Source: an uncultured Planctomycetaceae bacterium (GTDB taxonomy: Bacteria; Planctomycetota; Planctomycetia; Planctomycetales; Planctomycetaceae). From it: DNA of 64,000 bases. Shown here piece after piece: positions 47,708-56,689 of this stretch. Where the stretch lies: assembly GCA_963976765.1 (NCBI GenBank), contig CAXBME010000026.1, forward strand, positions 1-64,000. The letters are read 5' to 3'. How positions within the stretch are numbered: the stretch's first letter is position 1; every line of letters begins with the position of its first letter. The notes below the pieces were generated by a model, which was not told where the DNA came from, searched no databases, and worked only from the letters and a program-made list of their open reading frames with translations. The position numbers were made by a program, and so were the translations under genes.

Positions 47708-49291
47708 ATGATGTACCCAGGACTTCTTTCGAACGGCGTTCGAACTCAAATAGTCGGCGTGCTGCTCGTCTTGAGCGGGCAGTTTGTGGTTGCGCAGGAC
47801 GCGCCTGAGGTTCCGCCTCGACAGGGACGCTCGTCGAACATTCGCCTGTTCAACGGCAAAGACCTGAGTGGCTGGGTCGGCGATGAGAGATTCTGGAGCG
47901 TTGAAGACGGCGAGATCGTTGGCCGCAACACGGAGCCGCTCCCTTTCAGCACTTACCTGTTGACCGAAGTCGACTTTTCCGACTTTCGACTGACATTCGA
48001 TTTCAAACTCGTTCAGTCGGAAATGCACTCCGGCATCGCCTTGTGGGGGAAAGTGGATCCTGAAAAAGATGGCCCCTTCGCCTACGTCGGTCCGCTGGTG
48101 ATGTTTCCGTCGAATTATGGAATCTGGGATCTCTTTGGCCGCGAGAAGATTCACGACAACGCTGACAAAGCGAAAGCAGTCGGTCACCAGCACGACTGGA
48201 ACCGCATCGAAATACTTGCTCAGGGCAACCGGATTCGGACCGTGCTGAACGGAACACTGATTACTGACTGGCGTGACCCCGAGCCGGACCGACTACTTGC
48301 CGGGCCAATCGGCCTGCAGCTGCATTCAAATCCGGTCCCCCAGGAAGTCCGTTTTCGAAAACTGTTGCTCGAGACGTTTCCTGAAGATCGCCTGACGACT
48401 CTACCTGGCGAAGCGAGAATCGAAACGGTCGGCATTCGCAAACTGGAGCTGAATGTTGCGCCGGACTCGCCGGAAGTCTGGACCCGGTATCACGAAGTCG
48501 TAATCCCTGACGACGTGCTTGCTCCCGTCAGACGCCTTGGCTTCAAACAACGAACTGCGGGATTTCAGCCAGCAGAACGGGATCCGTACTACGCAGTCAT
48601 CCAGAAGGTCCGTGAACTTGACCTGGCGACTATCAAAAAAGCGGCCAGCGAGTTTCGACAGGAACGCCAGGTGAAAGCGTTCAACGGTAAATACAAGGAC
48701 CGGCCCGCGTACGACTTTCCAGACTTCGTCGACCTCTACGACGCTCCGGATCTGTACCACGGAAAACTGATCACGCTGCAGGGGCACTTGAGAAAGCTCA
48801 GCTCGTTCTCGCCGGACGAGAATCCGTACGGCATCGAGAAACAACTCTGGGAAGGCTGGCTTTACGACCCGCATGGCCAGAATCATCCGGCAGTAATCAT
48901 CAGCGTCGAAAAAGAAGACAGTCTTGAAGAAGGAACGGAACTTGTCGTCGACCACGTTTCAGTCACGGGCTACTTCTTCAAGAATTACGGCTACGAAGGC
49001 CAGGACACTTACCGTTTCGCGCCGATGCTGATTGCGCAAAAGATCGAGCACCATCCGCCTGCTGAATCGATTAACCCGTTCGACCTCGGGTTAAGTGCCA
49101 AGATGCAGTTGCTCGTTGCAGCGATCGCGACGCTGATGGTCGGTCGCTTCGGACTGAAAATCTGGAAGCACTCAAAAGCCGACGAGTTGAAACGTCGGGA
49201 AACGCGAGAAATCGCCTCAGCCGAAGACACCGAACCAACGTTCGACAACATCGTCGACAACGGCGGTGTCCCGGAATTTCCGAGCGAGTAA
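47708..49291 (+). CDS. DUF1080 (3-keto-disaccharide hydrolase-like) domain fused to an unknown domain and a C-terminal TM anchor
   Basis: LFNGKDLSGW, WSVEDGEI, DFRLTFDFK, WNRIEI and GPIGLQLH, then a second domain (VSVTGYFFK..APMLIA) and a TM helix. Confidence 0.82.
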   Translation: MMYPGLLSNGVRTQIVGVLLVLSGQFVVAQDAPEVPPRQGRSSNIRLFNGKDLSGWVGDERFWSVEDGEIVGRNTEPLPFSTYLLTEVDFSDFRLTFDFKLVQSEMHSGIALWGKVDPEKDGPFAYVGPLVMFPSNYGIWDLFGREKIHDNADKAKAVGHQHDWNRIEILAQGNRIRTVLNGTLITDWRDPEPDRLLAGPIGLQLHSNPVPQEVRFRKLLLETFPEDRLTTLPGEARIETVGIRKLELNVAPDSPEVWTRYHEVVIPDDVLAPVRRLGFKQRTAGFQPAERDPYYAVIQKVRELDLATIKKAASEFRQERQVKAFNGKYKDRPAYDFPDFVDLYDAPDLYHGKLITLQGHLRKLSSFSPDENPYGIEKQLWEGWLYDPHGQNHPAVIISVEKEDSLEEGTELVVDHVSVTGYFFKNYGYEGQDTYRFAPMLIAQKIEHHPPAESINPFDLGLSAKMQLLVAAIATLMVGRFGLKIWKHSKADELKRRETREIASAEDTEPTFDNIVDNGGVPEFPSE

Positions 49292-49328
49292 GGAACCTCG
49301 TCAAAACTTGCCGACCGTAGAATTTGAA

Positions 49329-51302
49329 TCAGAACCGGCCTTTTCCAGCCGTCTTCAGATCAGGCAATGAAAGTCGCCACTCGGCACTGAAGAAGTCAGG
49401 CTCAATCGTGACGCTGACTGAAGAGAGGTCCGGATCAGTCTGTTTCGAAAGTTCCTCTTCGGTCAGTTGCTGGAACTTAATGAGCCGTTGGATCCTGGTG
49501 AGACTCCCTTGAATTTCTGCTCCTCGATTCCTGAGTAACGGCGAACCATAGGGCGTTTCCGGAGCCGGCACGGCATCGCCCTGCTCCATTGCCTGAACGT
49601 TTCGGATCGTTTCGTTAAGCCGTTCGAAGTTGGAGCCGAAGTAGACGACGACATGCTTTTCAAATTTCACAAACCGGATGCGTGACCATTCTTTGCCGGC
49701 AGTAATGGCCATCGGCGTCTGCATTTCCGAAGTTGCACTGAGTCGAACTTCCATGATGTCGACTGTCCGCCCCTCTCGCTTCTCCGCCTCGGGGTGAAAG
49801 ATGAAAACAGGCTTCGCTTTCGCAAGAAGGCTCTGCTCAAGTGCGGCTTTCTGCTGCTCCTGAAGTTTCTCTCGAATCAGCTTTTCAATCTGAACCGCTC
49901 GATGGGCGACTGCTGCTGCGTCGCTGGATTTCGCGTCGATAACCAGGGGCAATGCCGGTTCACCGATCAGAACGAGCCTCGTTGTTGCCGACTGCCGCTT
50001 TTCAAAATCGTCATCAGCCAACTGAGTGATCAGGTCGCGAACGATTGCCTGCGTTTTCTTACGGTCGTCCTCGTTGTCTGTCGAGCCAAACGCACTGCGA
50101 TCGACCAGGGCCGCGAGGCTTTGGATCTCGTTCATCAGCTTGTCGGGTTGCTCGGTCTGAAAAATCGCGGCCATCGAAATGAGCCCACTGGCCGCGTCGA
50201 GTTCTTCCTGATAAATGCCGACTTTGTAACGTTCGGTCAGCGGCCAGATTTCGCCGAAGAGCCCAAGGATTTCAAGTTGTTCGAACTGGCTGATGAGATT
50301 CAGGCTGAGCATCTCTCGCCAGACACCCCACCATTCTCCACGCATTTCACGCACCAAAGCCACCATCGCAGGCTGCACCAAAGATGCATCCGTGCGGGCC
50401 GCGTGTCCGAAGAGCAGCTTGCCGGACGGCAGACCAGCCAGCGAGACACCTTCAGCTGGCGGCGAGAATCTGACCATGCGCTGTTGGACTTCCGCCGGAG
50501 CATCCTGTCCAAAAAACAGGTTGAAGCTGAATTCCAGACCTCGGTCAACACGACCAGTCAGAACAGCGTGAGAAGCCGAGAAAATCAGCGAGTGCAACTC
50601 CCGCAGCGCGTGTTCTTCGGCGGGGTCAAGTTCTCCGAGCGACTTGATCCACTTATCCGCACGTTCCTGACAGGCCTCACGCTGCAAGTCACGACTCTCT
50701 GCAGAAAAACTCATCAGGAGATCCTGAGCGTTAATTTCGTCAAGTCGCGATCGAGGAATCACCGTCGTCAAGGGCTCCGCCGTCTTCAGAACGTCGTAAA
50801 TCTTTTCGTGGCTGGTCACCCAGAGATACTGGTCGGCCATCCGGTAGAAGCGTTGTGTGTGCCCGAATGTTGAATGACCTTTTGACACAACTTTGCCCGT
50901 GACGAACTCTTCGTGGTCGACTTCGAGCGACTTCGCCAGCACCCTGGTGTCTGAAATGCCAATCTTGACGGCGACCGGCTTCTTCCAGCCTTGTTTAACC
51001 GGCGGCTCGCCAATCAGCTCGGGTTCGAAAAACATGATCCCGCACGGAAGGGTGTCGTCGGCGGCGCCTTGAACCAGCAATTCAGACCCCGCCATCCTGC
51101 AGAACCACGACATCGCCCCCTTGTGGCCCATTTCAGTCGCAAACTCGTCACCGCGTTCTTTCAGCTCATTCACGTGGCGAAACACCAGCGAGTACGACGC
51201 CACTCGCGGCACAAGCTCTGTCATCGTCTGTGGTTGAGCATTCGCCAGTCGCGCGTTGAATGCAGAGAGGCATCCGATCAGAATCGTAGCGAGAAGTTTC
51301 AT
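49329..51302 (-). CDS. secreted hypothetical protein with a HEAT-like segment
   Basis: MKLLATILIGCLSAFNARLANA signal peptide and LITQLADDDFEKRQSATTRLVLIGEPALP. ATG 51302. Confidence 0.75.
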   Translation of the reverse strand: MKLLATILIGCLSAFNARLANAQPQTMTELVPRVASYSLVFRHVNELKERGDEFATEMGHKGAMSWFCRMAGSELLVQGAADDTLPCGIMFFEPELIGEPPVKQGWKKPVAVKIGISDTRVLAKSLEVDHEEFVTGKVVSKGHSTFGHTQRFYRMADQYLWVTSHEKIYDVLKTAEPLTTVIPRSRLDEINAQDLLMSFSAESRDLQREACQERADKWIKSLGELDPAEEHALRELHSLIFSASHAVLTGRVDRGLEFSFNLFFGQDAPAEVQQRMVRFSPPAEGVSLAGLPSGKLLFGHAARTDASLVQPAMVALVREMRGEWWGVWREMLSLNLISQFEQLEILGLFGEIWPLTERYKVGIYQEELDAASGLISMAAIFQTEQPDKLMNEIQSLAALVDRSAFGSTDNEDDRKKTQAIVRDLITQLADDDFEKRQSATTRLVLIGEPALPLVIDAKSSDAAAVAHRAVQIEKLIREKLQEQQKAALEQSLLAKAKPVFIFHPEAEKREGRTVDIMEVRLSATSEMQTPMAITAGKEWSRIRFVKFEKHVVVYFGSNFERLNETIRNVQAMEQGDAVPAPETPYGSPLLRNRGAEIQGSLTRIQRLIKFQQLTEEELSKQTDPDLSSVSVTIEPDFFSAEWRLSLPDLKTAGKGRF

Positions 51303-51391
51303 CGTTGAGTTCCCAGGTTCGGAATTCCAGCACTGCGACGCAAACGCGATCACGCAGTCTGGCACTCGGCACGGCAGGATATCTGGAAGTT

Positions 51392-51778
51392 ATGCCCTTG
51401 ATTCCTCACACGCCACAGTCACCAACGACAACAGCAACTTGCAGATCAGCCCAGATTCGACAACGTTGGATCGCCTCTTCATTCTTAATTCTCGGAGTTG
51501 CCTCGTGGGCTGGCCTCGTTTATGCCGTGAAAGACATTGATCTGCGTTTTGACATGCATGCGGCCCCTCGGGCAAGTGATCCGATTCATTACACTGGGCT
51601 TGTGGTCTGTGTCACATTTTCAGGGGTCTGTGTGATGGTCGGCCTTTCTGGCGTGTTTCTTTCATTTCGCCAACGTTCGAAATTACTAATTACTTCGACG
51701 TTGTACTTGCTGTTCGGATGCTTGTTATGGTTGCCCGGCACAATAGTTACAGTGACGTACCTCTTCTGGAAATTCTAG
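51392..51778 (+). CDS. small membrane protein (three hydrophobic segments), visibly AT-richer than its neighbours
   Basis: WIASSFLILGVASWAGLVY, GLVVCVTFSGVCVMVGLSGVFL and LYLLFGCLLWLPGTIV. It fills an otherwise empty gap. Confidence 0.55.
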   Translation: MPLIPHTPQSPTTTATCRSAQIRQRWIASSFLILGVASWAGLVYAVKDIDLRFDMHAAPRASDPIHYTGLVVCVTFSGVCVMVGLSGVFLSFRQRSKLLITSTLYLLFGCLLWLPGTIVTVTYLFWKF

Positions 51779-51942
51779 ACGCAGGACTATGGCATGAATG
51801 TGAAGCAACGACGAGGCGATTTTCAAGTGGAGTAACAGCTGCGGCAAGTCGTTCGTACCCACAGTTATTCGCATGAGTTTCATCAGTATCGCCCGGCGTC
51901 AAATTTCGATCGAGTTACCGTTAAGTCGGAGTAATTAAAGAG

Positions 51943-52923
51943 ATGGCCAGCATTCAATACGGACAGATTGGAGTCGGGCATGCACATGCCACCAAGATGA
52001 GCGTCTATCGGGACTCTGCCGACTACGAAGTGGTCGGAGTCGCCGAAGCGAATCCGGAACTCAGAAAACGATTCGCCGATCATCCGGCCTATCGCGACCT
52101 GAAATGGATGACTGAAGAAGAACTGCTCAACGTTCCTGGTTTGCAGGTCGTCGGTGTCGAGACGGAAGTTCGAGACTTGCTGCCAACCGCTGAAAAATGC
52201 GTCGCTGCCGGTAAGCACATTCACATCGACAAGCCGGCTGGCGAATCATTGCCCCGGTTCCGAACGATCCTGGACGAAGCCGCGAGGAAGCATCTCGCCG
52301 TCCAGATGGGATACATGTATCGCTTCAATCCGGCCGTTCTGTTTATGAAAGACTGCTTGAAAAAAGGCTGGCTCGGCGAACCATTTGAAGTTCACACCGT
52401 CATGAGCAAAGTCGTCCCTGCGCCATCCCGTAAAGGACTGGCTGACTACGCCGGCGGGATCATGTTCGAACTCGGCTGCCATATCCTGGACCTGGCGGTT
52501 GGCGTGCTCGGTAAACCGGAATCCGTCCAGTCGGTACGAAAGCACGCCGCAAAGATAGACGACACACTTCTCGACAACATGCTGGCAACACTCGTCTACC
52601 CAGAGGCGATTGCCACTGTGAAGTCGAGCGCGCTCGAAGTGGAAGGTTTCGCGAGAAGGCACTTCGTCGTCTGCGGGACGGAAGGCACGCTCCACATCGA
52701 ACCCCTGGATCGTCCGAATGTTCGCGTCGCGTTTTCGACCGCTCGCGGAAAATACCAGAAGGGGTATCAGACGATCGAATTCGGCAGCTACTCGCGCTAC
52801 ACCGGCGACGCTGCTGATCTGGCTGCAATCATCCGAGGCGAGAAGGACGCCGAGTTCAGCTACGACCACGATCTGACCGTCCAGGAAACGCTGCTCAAAG
52901 TTTGCGGTCTACCACTGAATTAA
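51943..52923 (+). CDS. Gfo/Idh/MocA-family NAD(P)-dependent oxidoreductase
   Basis: GQIGVGHAHA, GKHIHIDKP, QMGYMYRFNP and GGIMFELGCHILD. Confidence 0.92.
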   Translation: MASIQYGQIGVGHAHATKMSVYRDSADYEVVGVAEANPELRKRFADHPAYRDLKWMTEEELLNVPGLQVVGVETEVRDLLPTAEKCVAAGKHIHIDKPAGESLPRFRTILDEAARKHLAVQMGYMYRFNPAVLFMKDCLKKGWLGEPFEVHTVMSKVVPAPSRKGLADYAGGIMFELGCHILDLAVGVLGKPESVQSVRKHAAKIDDTLLDNMLATLVYPEAIATVKSSALEVEGFARRHFVVCGTEGTLHIEPLDRPNVRVAFSTARGKYQKGYQTIEFGSYSRYTGDAADLAAIIRGEKDAEFSYDHDLTVQETLLKVCGLPLN

Positions 52924-52939
52924 GTCGTAAGTCGCAACG

Positions 52940-54343
52940 CTACATATTCGTCTTCGAGTCAGACACGGCTCCGAGAATTGATCCCAGGGCGGCATTAATG
53001 TCGGCATCGTGCGAGTGGTCCTGCGAGTACACTCGAAAGATCAGAAAGCTGATGGGCAGCGTTCGAAACAGCTCGTCATCCATCAGCTCGACCGGCTCGG
53101 GATAGCCCGGCGTCAGCAGCCAGTTCTGACCACCAGCCGGCAGGCGGGCGCTCGGCCGGTGATAATGCCGGGCAACATCAAGCCGCAAAGGAATGTCCCG
53201 CAACTTTTTCGGCAGAGCGGAGCGCAACCGTTTCTCGACAAGCTCTTTTTCGGAGAAGATCGTCGTTTGCGCGTTCATCGCCGAGTGAAAGTTGATGGTC
53301 CGTTCGGCGGACATTTTCCACGTCGAATCGCGATGAAGGATCGACAGCCACTGAGATCCCAGCAACGCAATTTCAGGATCGCTGCTGTTTACCCAGCGCT
53401 GAACATCGACCAGAAATGTAGATTCATTGAACTGTCGATAAGCGTCGAGATTGTCGATCGGGTTTCCCTGGAAAAGGTGCCGCATTGTCTCGGAAAAGAT
53501 GTCTTCCAGAGCGAGGTCGAGTGCCCGCACGGTTCGGTGGAAATAAATTGTGCGAAACAGGTTCGCTCGCGTTTCGATGAAATGAACCAGCGCCGAACGA
53601 CCGCGAGCGTGAATCGTTAACCCGGCTGGCGTGAAAAAGCTGTAATGAAGCAGCCGCGACAGATCGAACGCCTTTGTATTGTAGCCTGACATGTACGCGT
53701 CACGCAGGACGAAGTCCATGTTGTCGACGGTGTAGATCCCGCTGAAGAGTGCTCTCAGTTTTCGTAGCCAGTCAGGGTTACCGTCGGTCTCGTCGCCCGG
53801 CTGTGGACGACGGATCAGCCAGCCGATCTGACGAGGGTCGAGTTCTTCCAACGGTCCCAGCTTGCCGTTCGGGTTGCGTCGGATTTTTCGAAGCAGCTCA
53901 CCCAGTTCTTTTTCAATGATCACCGCTCCGATGTCTTCATGCGTGACATTAAACTGGTCGAGATACTGGTCGTCAAAGAAATGTCCGAACGGACCATGTC
54001 CGACATCGTGCAGCAGCGCCGCCATGCGAACCAGGCTTTCAACGTACGGTCTCGACGGTACGTTCGGACAGACACTCGCCAGCGATTCGTACCAGTAGTC
54101 CATCGCTTTTGACGCGAGGTGCATCGCCCCCAGCACATGCTGAAACCGCATGTGCTCAGCCGATGGAAACACAAACCAGGCGGTCTGTAGCTGATGAATG
54201 TGTCGCAGACGCTGAACCCAGGGATGATCGATGATTGCCTGTTCGGCTACTTCCCCGACGGGCAGATTGTCGCCGGAAATAAACGGAATATACCCGTGAA
54301 CAGGGTCGTGGCTGAGACTTTCCGAAACGAAATCGCGCGGCAT
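52940..54343 (-). CDS. HD-domain phosphohydrolase (SAMHD1/YdhJ-like, putative dNTPase)
   Basis: DPVHGYI, QRLRHIHQL, HMRFQHVLG, ALLHDVGHGPFGH, VDNMDFVLRD and IYFHRTVR. ATG 54343. Confidence 0.9.
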   Translation of the reverse strand: MPRDFVSESLSHDPVHGYIPFISGDNLPVGEVAEQAIIDHPWVQRLRHIHQLQTAWFVFPSAEHMRFQHVLGAMHLASKAMDYWYESLASVCPNVPSRPYVESLVRMAALLHDVGHGPFGHFFDDQYLDQFNVTHEDIGAVIIEKELGELLRKIRRNPNGKLGPLEELDPRQIGWLIRRPQPGDETDGNPDWLRKLRALFSGIYTVDNMDFVLRDAYMSGYNTKAFDLSRLLHYSFFTPAGLTIHARGRSALVHFIETRANLFRTIYFHRTVRALDLALEDIFSETMRHLFQGNPIDNLDAYRQFNESTFLVDVQRWVNSSDPEIALLGSQWLSILHRDSTWKMSAERTINFHSAMNAQTTIFSEKELVEKRLRSALPKKLRDIPLRLDVARHYHRPSARLPAGGQNWLLTPGYPEPVELMDDELFRTLPISFLIFRVYSQDHSHDADINAALGSILGAVSDSKTNM

Positions 54344-54581
54344 GACTAGCCGTCTCCTGAGAGAAATCTGACGTTGTCCGTTGGCTTGACGTCGCAAGCT
54401 GTGGCCTGGCGGAAATCCAGAATGGCTCGGACAGTTTGGCGAAGTATAGCAGCCGCACTTTCGCTCGCATTGGTCCGGAGTGGGGATCGCTCGTTTGGCG
54501 GATTCGGCTTTGTCCACCAGGATGCTGCCTTCGTTGCAATCCATTCCGTATCGCACAGGCAAATAGACGCGAGCAACCAGC

Positions 54582-56429
54582 ATGTCATCCAAGCCGACAA
54601 ACCTGTCTGGCAGAACAGCTTCACCAGAGAGTCAGAGAGACGAGCGTCTGCGTTCAATCCTGGAACGACTCATCGTCATCGCAACGCCTGCTTTTCTCGT
54701 CGGACTTGTGTCGACAGTGCTTCAGCATGGGGTTACCAGTGACGTTGTCCTGTGGGAATTCGGAATGTTCGCATGCCTGGCGATGCTGATCCGAGCAGCG
54801 ATCGTCGGCCTGAAAGTTCATTTGAGCGGGGACTGGCTGACCTTCTTTCGTACGAATCGGCGAGCCTGCATTTTCGCCACGACCTGGCTGCTGGGGTCAA
54901 TCGTGCTTCTGATTTTCGGACCAGTGCTGCCCGTCTGGTACGAAAGCAGCCGCGGCGCTGCATTAGTTGGCTGGTCGGAAATGTTTCTCCTGCTGATCGG
55001 GCTCGCGCAGTTGCTGAAGTTTGTCAGCAACACAACCAGCCGCAGTAATCCGGCCATGATCTTTGTCGTTTCGTTCCTTGGACTGATCATTGTCGGTACG
55101 TTGCTCCTGGTTCTGCCTGGCAGTGTGACTGCGAAAGCAGACGCAGTGGGCACGATTGAACGGTGTCGTATTGCCTTTTTTACTGCGACCAGCGCGTCGT
55201 GTGTGACGGGGCTCGTCGTCGTCCCCACGGGAGGGCCCGATGCCTGGTGGAGTCGCTTTGGGCAGGTTGTGATCATGATCCTGTTTCAGACTGGCGGCCT
55301 GGGGATCATGAGTCTGAGTGCAACGTTCGCTCTGCTGATGGGAAATCGGATCGCGTTTCGAGAAAGCGCTGCCGTCACTGAAGTTTCAGAAGCATCGACG
55401 GTACGGGACGTGAGGCAACTGCTGATTGCAATCGTCAGTTTCACGCTGGTGGCCGAGGCGATTGGTGCCATTCTGCTGTCAACATTGTGGAGCGATCTTC
55501 CGTTCGGCGAACGAGTATTTTACGGAACGTTTCACGCGATCAGCGCTTTCTGTAACGCCGGGTTTTCGTTGACGGGGCAAAGTTTCCTCGGCCTTGGCTC
55601 GCGGTGGCAGGTTTGGGGAGTTGTTTGCGGACTGATCATCGTCGGCAGTCTTGGATTCGGCACCTTGCGGTCTCTCTGGGCCACCGTGCAGCTTTCCTGG
55701 CAGAGTGCTCGAGAACCGTCATCGCTGTTCCGGCACCGCCGACTTCGAGAACAGCTGCCTCTCGCGCCAAGGCTTGTTGTCACCACAACGTTAATTCTTC
55801 TGCTGGGTGGAGCTTTCGTTTACGGGCTGCTGGAATCGGTTGGTGAGCAAAGTGGCGACTCAATCGGAACCCGCGTTGCTGATGCGTGGTTTCAATCGGT
55901 GACGTTTCGGACGGCCGGGTTCAACACGGTTGACCACGGCGAACTCAATCCTTCGACAAAGCTGTTCTCGATCGGCCTGATGTTTATCGGAGCCTCGCCG
56001 GGTTCAACTGGTGGCGGTGTCAAGACTGTCGCCCTGGCCATCATCGTGCTGGCTCTGGTCAGCATTCTTCGTGGTCGCGATCACGTTGAATGCTACGGAC
56101 GGATGATCCCGGACAGCCAGGTTCGACACGCCTTTGTCATCGTGGCCATGGGACTTGCCGTCACGATGGTCTCGACGTTGCTGCTGACCGTGTTCGAAGC
56201 CGACGCTTATCCGTTTCTCGACATTCTCTTCGAAGCGACCAGTGCCTTTGCGACTGTTGGAGTTTCGACCGGAATCACTGGCGAACTGAATCCAGCCTCG
56301 CAGATGGTGGTTGCCGCAACGATGTTTCTGGGACGTGTCGGGCCGCTGACTCTGCTGCTCGCACTCGCCGGAACCAGCCAGGGTTCCAGTCGGTACCAGT
56401 ATCCCCAGGAAAGAGTGTCGCTGGGGTAA
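54582..56429 (+). CDS. trkH: TrkH/KtrB-family potassium uptake membrane protein
   Basis: Four pore-loop motifs (SASCVTGL, SAFCNAGF, TFRTAGF, SAFATVG), plus GASPGSTGGGVKT and MFLGRVGPLT. Confidence 0.92.
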   Translation: MSSKPTNLSGRTASPESQRDERLRSILERLIVIATPAFLVGLVSTVLQHGVTSDVVLWEFGMFACLAMLIRAAIVGLKVHLSGDWLTFFRTNRRACIFATTWLLGSIVLLIFGPVLPVWYESSRGAALVGWSEMFLLLIGLAQLLKFVSNTTSRSNPAMIFVVSFLGLIIVGTLLLVLPGSVTAKADAVGTIERCRIAFFTATSASCVTGLVVVPTGGPDAWWSRFGQVVIMILFQTGGLGIMSLSATFALLMGNRIAFRESAAVTEVSEASTVRDVRQLLIAIVSFTLVAEAIGAILLSTLWSDLPFGERVFYGTFHAISAFCNAGFSLTGQSFLGLGSRWQVWGVVCGLIIVGSLGFGTLRSLWATVQLSWQSAREPSSLFRHRRLREQLPLAPRLVVTTTLILLLGGAFVYGLLESVGEQSGDSIGTRVADAWFQSVTFRTAGFNTVDHGELNPSTKLFSIGLMFIGASPGSTGGGVKTVALAIIVLALVSILRGRDHVECYGRMIPDSQVRHAFVIVAMGLAVTMVSTLLLTVFEADAYPFLDILFEATSAFATVGVSTGITGELNPASQMVVAATMFLGRVGPLTLLLALAGTSQGSSRYQYPQERVSLG

Positions 56430-56465
56430 GTTGGTTGAACTCGAACGACGAAACGTTCGACGGTC

Positions 56466-56645
56466 TCAGAGAAGCAGGGCGATCAGGATCCAACCGCAGC
56501 TACCCAACAGGAAGACAGCTGCAAGGGTTGAAAGCAACCACTTGTTTGAACGATGTTCCTTCCCTGGTCTGACGACCAGATCAACCAGGAAGGCTGGAAT
56601 CCTTACCAGCAGCCGGAACACAAACTCGATCACGATATCCAGCAT
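56466..56645 (-). CDS. 59-aa small membrane protein (below the ORF-track cutoff)
   Basis: Hand translation gives MLDIVIEFVFRLLVRIPAFLVDLVVRPGKEHRSNKWLLSTLAAVFLLGSCGWILIALLL-TGA. AAGGAG lies 11 nt before the ATG, 44 nt after the kinase stop. Confidence 0.6.
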   Translation of the reverse strand: MLDIVIEFVFRLLVRIPAFLVDLVVRPGKEHRSNKWLLSTLAAVFLLGSCGWILIALLL

Positions 56646-56689
56646 CGAGGCTGCGACTCCTTGTTCAGGAGTGATGCGTTCGTAGTCTC

